Below are positions 61,221 to 64,000 of a stretch of DNA of 64,000 nt, piece by piece. Position numbers and translations under genes: made by a program. Location: positions 124,001-188,000 of the forward strand of contig JBODTK010000155.1 of the NCBI GenBank assembly GCA_050613775.1, in the 5' to 3' direction. The stretch's first letter is position 1. Each line of letters begins with the position of its first letter. Source of the stretch: Neocallimastix sp. 'constans' (lineage: Eukaryota). The notes under the pieces are model-generated. The model did no database searches, was not told the DNA's origin, and saw only the letters and a list, made by a program, of their open reading frames with translations.

Positions 61221-64000
61221 ATGAATTACAGTAAATTAAAAGTTGTTGATTTAAAGAAACTTTTGACAGAGCGTGGATTAACAACAAAAGGTTTAAAAGC
61301 AGATTTAGTTAAGAGACTTGAAGAAAATGATTTAGAAAAACGTAATTTTTATTTTATCAATATTTTTATATAATTGATAATTGTACTATAATCTGTAAAA
61401 TTTTGTATTTGGAAATAAAAATAATTTTATATTAAAATTAATAAATAAATAAATAAAAATAAAAAAAAAAAAATAAGTTAGAGTAAGATTTTATTATTAT
61501 TCATTATTGAAAAAAGAATTAATAATAATAAAATAAATAACATTAAATTAGTTTTTTAATGTTCTCTTGTGTGAATCAAAAATAAAGATTAAGATCAAAT
61601 CGTTTAAATTATTCCATAACAAAATATAGCAATATAATTATAATAAAAAATAAATTTTATATGAGTTGTTTGAAAAACCATAAAATAAAAATGTTTAATG
61701 TTTTAATTATATATATATTATTGAGACTGAATATTTAATTTTTAATACTTTTTTTTAATGTGATTTATAATGATTAATAAGAATAATTGTATTTAATTAA
61801 TTTTAAATTGAAATTATATATAAATAGTTAATAAATGGTTACTAATACAATTTTATTTAAAAAATAAATAATACTACAGAAAATGAAAATAATGAAAATA
61901 CTGATGATACTACTGTTAATGAAAATATTGATGATACATTAAAATCAAATGCAGAAGTTGGAAATGAAGAAAAAGCAGAAACGTTAATTAATGAAACCCC
62001 AAAAGTACAGACAGATATAAATAATGAAAACCAAATAAAATCAAATAAAAATATTTCAAATAAAGAAAATATAGAAAAGAATGAAGAAATTATAAATAAT
62101 GAATCAAAAACAGATGTAATAATTAAAAAAAAGATAATTACAGAAGATGAAAAGGATCACACATCAAATAAACAGGAAAATATCATTTCTACAGTAAAGA
62201 AAGAAGAAAATATAATAGAGAAAAAAATAGACAAGATATTAAAAAAAGATGACAAAACTCAAGAAACAAAAGAGCAAATAACTGAAGCGAAAACTGAAAA
62301 ATTAATTAAAAATAATAAACAAACTAAAGAAATAAAAGAACAAATAATAGAAAAGAAATCAGAAGAAAATGTTAAAAATATTGAACAAACTAAAAAAATG
62401 AAAGAACAAATAGTAGAAAAAAAATCAGAAGAAATTGTTAAAAATATTAATGAAAATACTGAAGAGAAAAAAGAAAAAATAATAGAAAAGAAGTCTGCTG
62501 AAAAAAATTCAATTGACAATAAAGAATCTGAAAAAAAGGAAAAAGAAATTAAAATAATACCCAAAGTTGAACAAAGTAATAATTACAGTGATAATAAAAA
62601 AAAAGAGAAAGAATCAAACTCCACACTTCAAAGTAATTTTACATAAATAAAAAATATATTAATAACAAAATTTAAATTAAATATAAAAATTATAAAATTA
62701 ATTGTATATTAACTAATATATAATTTTTTATTTAATATTTAAATGCAATAGTTGTTGGAAAGTCACACAAAGAGAGTGAACATAATAATATTTCTCCAAT
62801 AGAAAAAAAATCTAAAAAAAGAACATGTAATTATAATATAAATTATTTATTATATAATATTAATTTTAATTTAGATAATTATAACAATGAAGAAGTGAAT
62901 ACTTCATTAAAAATAGTAAAATATATACATAAAATCACAAAATAATATAATAATAATAAAAATAATAAATTAAATGAATAATAAAATAGTAGATTCAGAA
63001 GAAAATATTGATGATCCATCGAAAAGAAAAAAAGTTAATGAAATTGAGAATGGAAAAGACCAAAAACCTAAAGATACTATTTTAATTAATAATTTCGTTA
63101 GACCCTTAGTGACTAGATCAGTAAAAGAATTAGTCGGAAAATATGGTGATGTAAAAAATTTTTGGATGGATTCTATTAAAACGCATGCTTTTGTTACTGT
63201 ATGTTTATATGTTTATATATTTATTATTTATTTACTAAAAAATTTATTTTCTTAATTATTTGTATTATTAAATTAAATATTAATAATATTAAAATTTGCT
63301 TTTATTATTAAAGTATGCCACCGTTGAATCAGCCGAAGCTGCATTTAAAGGTATTAATGGTATCAAATTCCCGGAGGAAACAGGAAGAATATTATCTGTT
63401 GAATATATAAGTGAAGAAGAATCCAAAGAAAGAATAAAAAAAGAAGATGAAAAAAAATCTGGTATAGTAATATCTGGTGTTGGAAATACATCTCATCGTG
63501 GTAGATTTGATTCTTTATTTTCTTCATCCTCAGCTGCCGCCAGAATTGGATTATCCATTAATAGTAGAAGATTAAGTCAAACCAGTAGAAAATCAGAAAA
63601 TTCACCATTTTCGGGTTCTCCAACCACTGCAACTTCCATTATATCTCCTTCTTCAATAGCAAGAGCAGCCTCTCATTCCATAAAAATTATTGGAAAAACT
63701 AAAGAAAATTCAGAATCTTTAACTAATTCTTCATCTCCAATACAAGAAACCTTTGTTGTATTTGATATAAAAAAATCTGTTAAGTCGAAAGTTTCTTCTC
63801 GTTCTAAACGTACAAAAGAATCATCGTCCGAAGTATCCTTTTTACATGGTAACAGTAATGATAATCGTTCTAAAGATAAAGAAAATAATAAAATAGAGGA
63901 TTCTAATTCAAAATCAAAATTAAGCAGTAAAGGAGAAGAAAAAAGTAAAAAATCAATGGATGATCTATTTAAGAAAACAAAAGCCACACCAGTGATTTAT
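61221..64000 (+). CDS. ACIN1: Acinus-like protein (SAP domain, charged linker, RRM, RSB motif); runs off the window end
   Basis: SAP: KLKVVDLKKLLTERGLTTKGLKADLVKRL. Acinus-type RRM: ILINNFVRPL...FWMDSIKTHAFVT|YATVESA...GIKFP. RSB motif start MDDLFKKTKATPVIY at the window end. Confidence 0.85.

Overview
Extremely AT-rich eukaryotic DNA with short GT-AG introns, long homopolymer runs and (AAT)n microsatellites. It is most consistent with an anaerobic gut fungus (Neocallimastigomycota); this is inferred from composition, intron style, a cilium-type CDK20, a secreted GH5 and a bacterial-like peroxidase. I can assemble 13 protein genes: CDK20-like kinase, SAC3/GANP, RPC25, SEC11, PSO2/SNM1, an intronless glutathione-peroxidase-family gene, RPT2, PRO1, a GH5 beta-mannosidase-like gene, an orphan low-complexity gene, GDI1, an HDAC8/HOS1-like deacetylase and an Acinus-like gene truncated by the window end. 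Two gene-poor tracts (about 35-43 kb and 51.5-57.8 kb) contain decayed Ty1/copia retrotransposons, a probable solo LTR and several GC-enriched, hairpin-rich islands I cannot classify. The most interesting observations are: (1) a bacterial-type Cys peroxidase fused to a basic tail with an HMGN-like RxSARI motif and a terminal NLS, a candidate chromatin-tethered peroxidase; (2) a 15-nt in-frame micro-exon carrying both catalytic histidines of the HDAC; (3) a 10-nt micro-exon in SAC3; (4) structured non-coding islands at 33.1, 36.1-36.4, 40.9-41.6 and 55-57 kb. All family assignments come from motif recognition by eye, with no database search. Exon boundaries are manual predictions.
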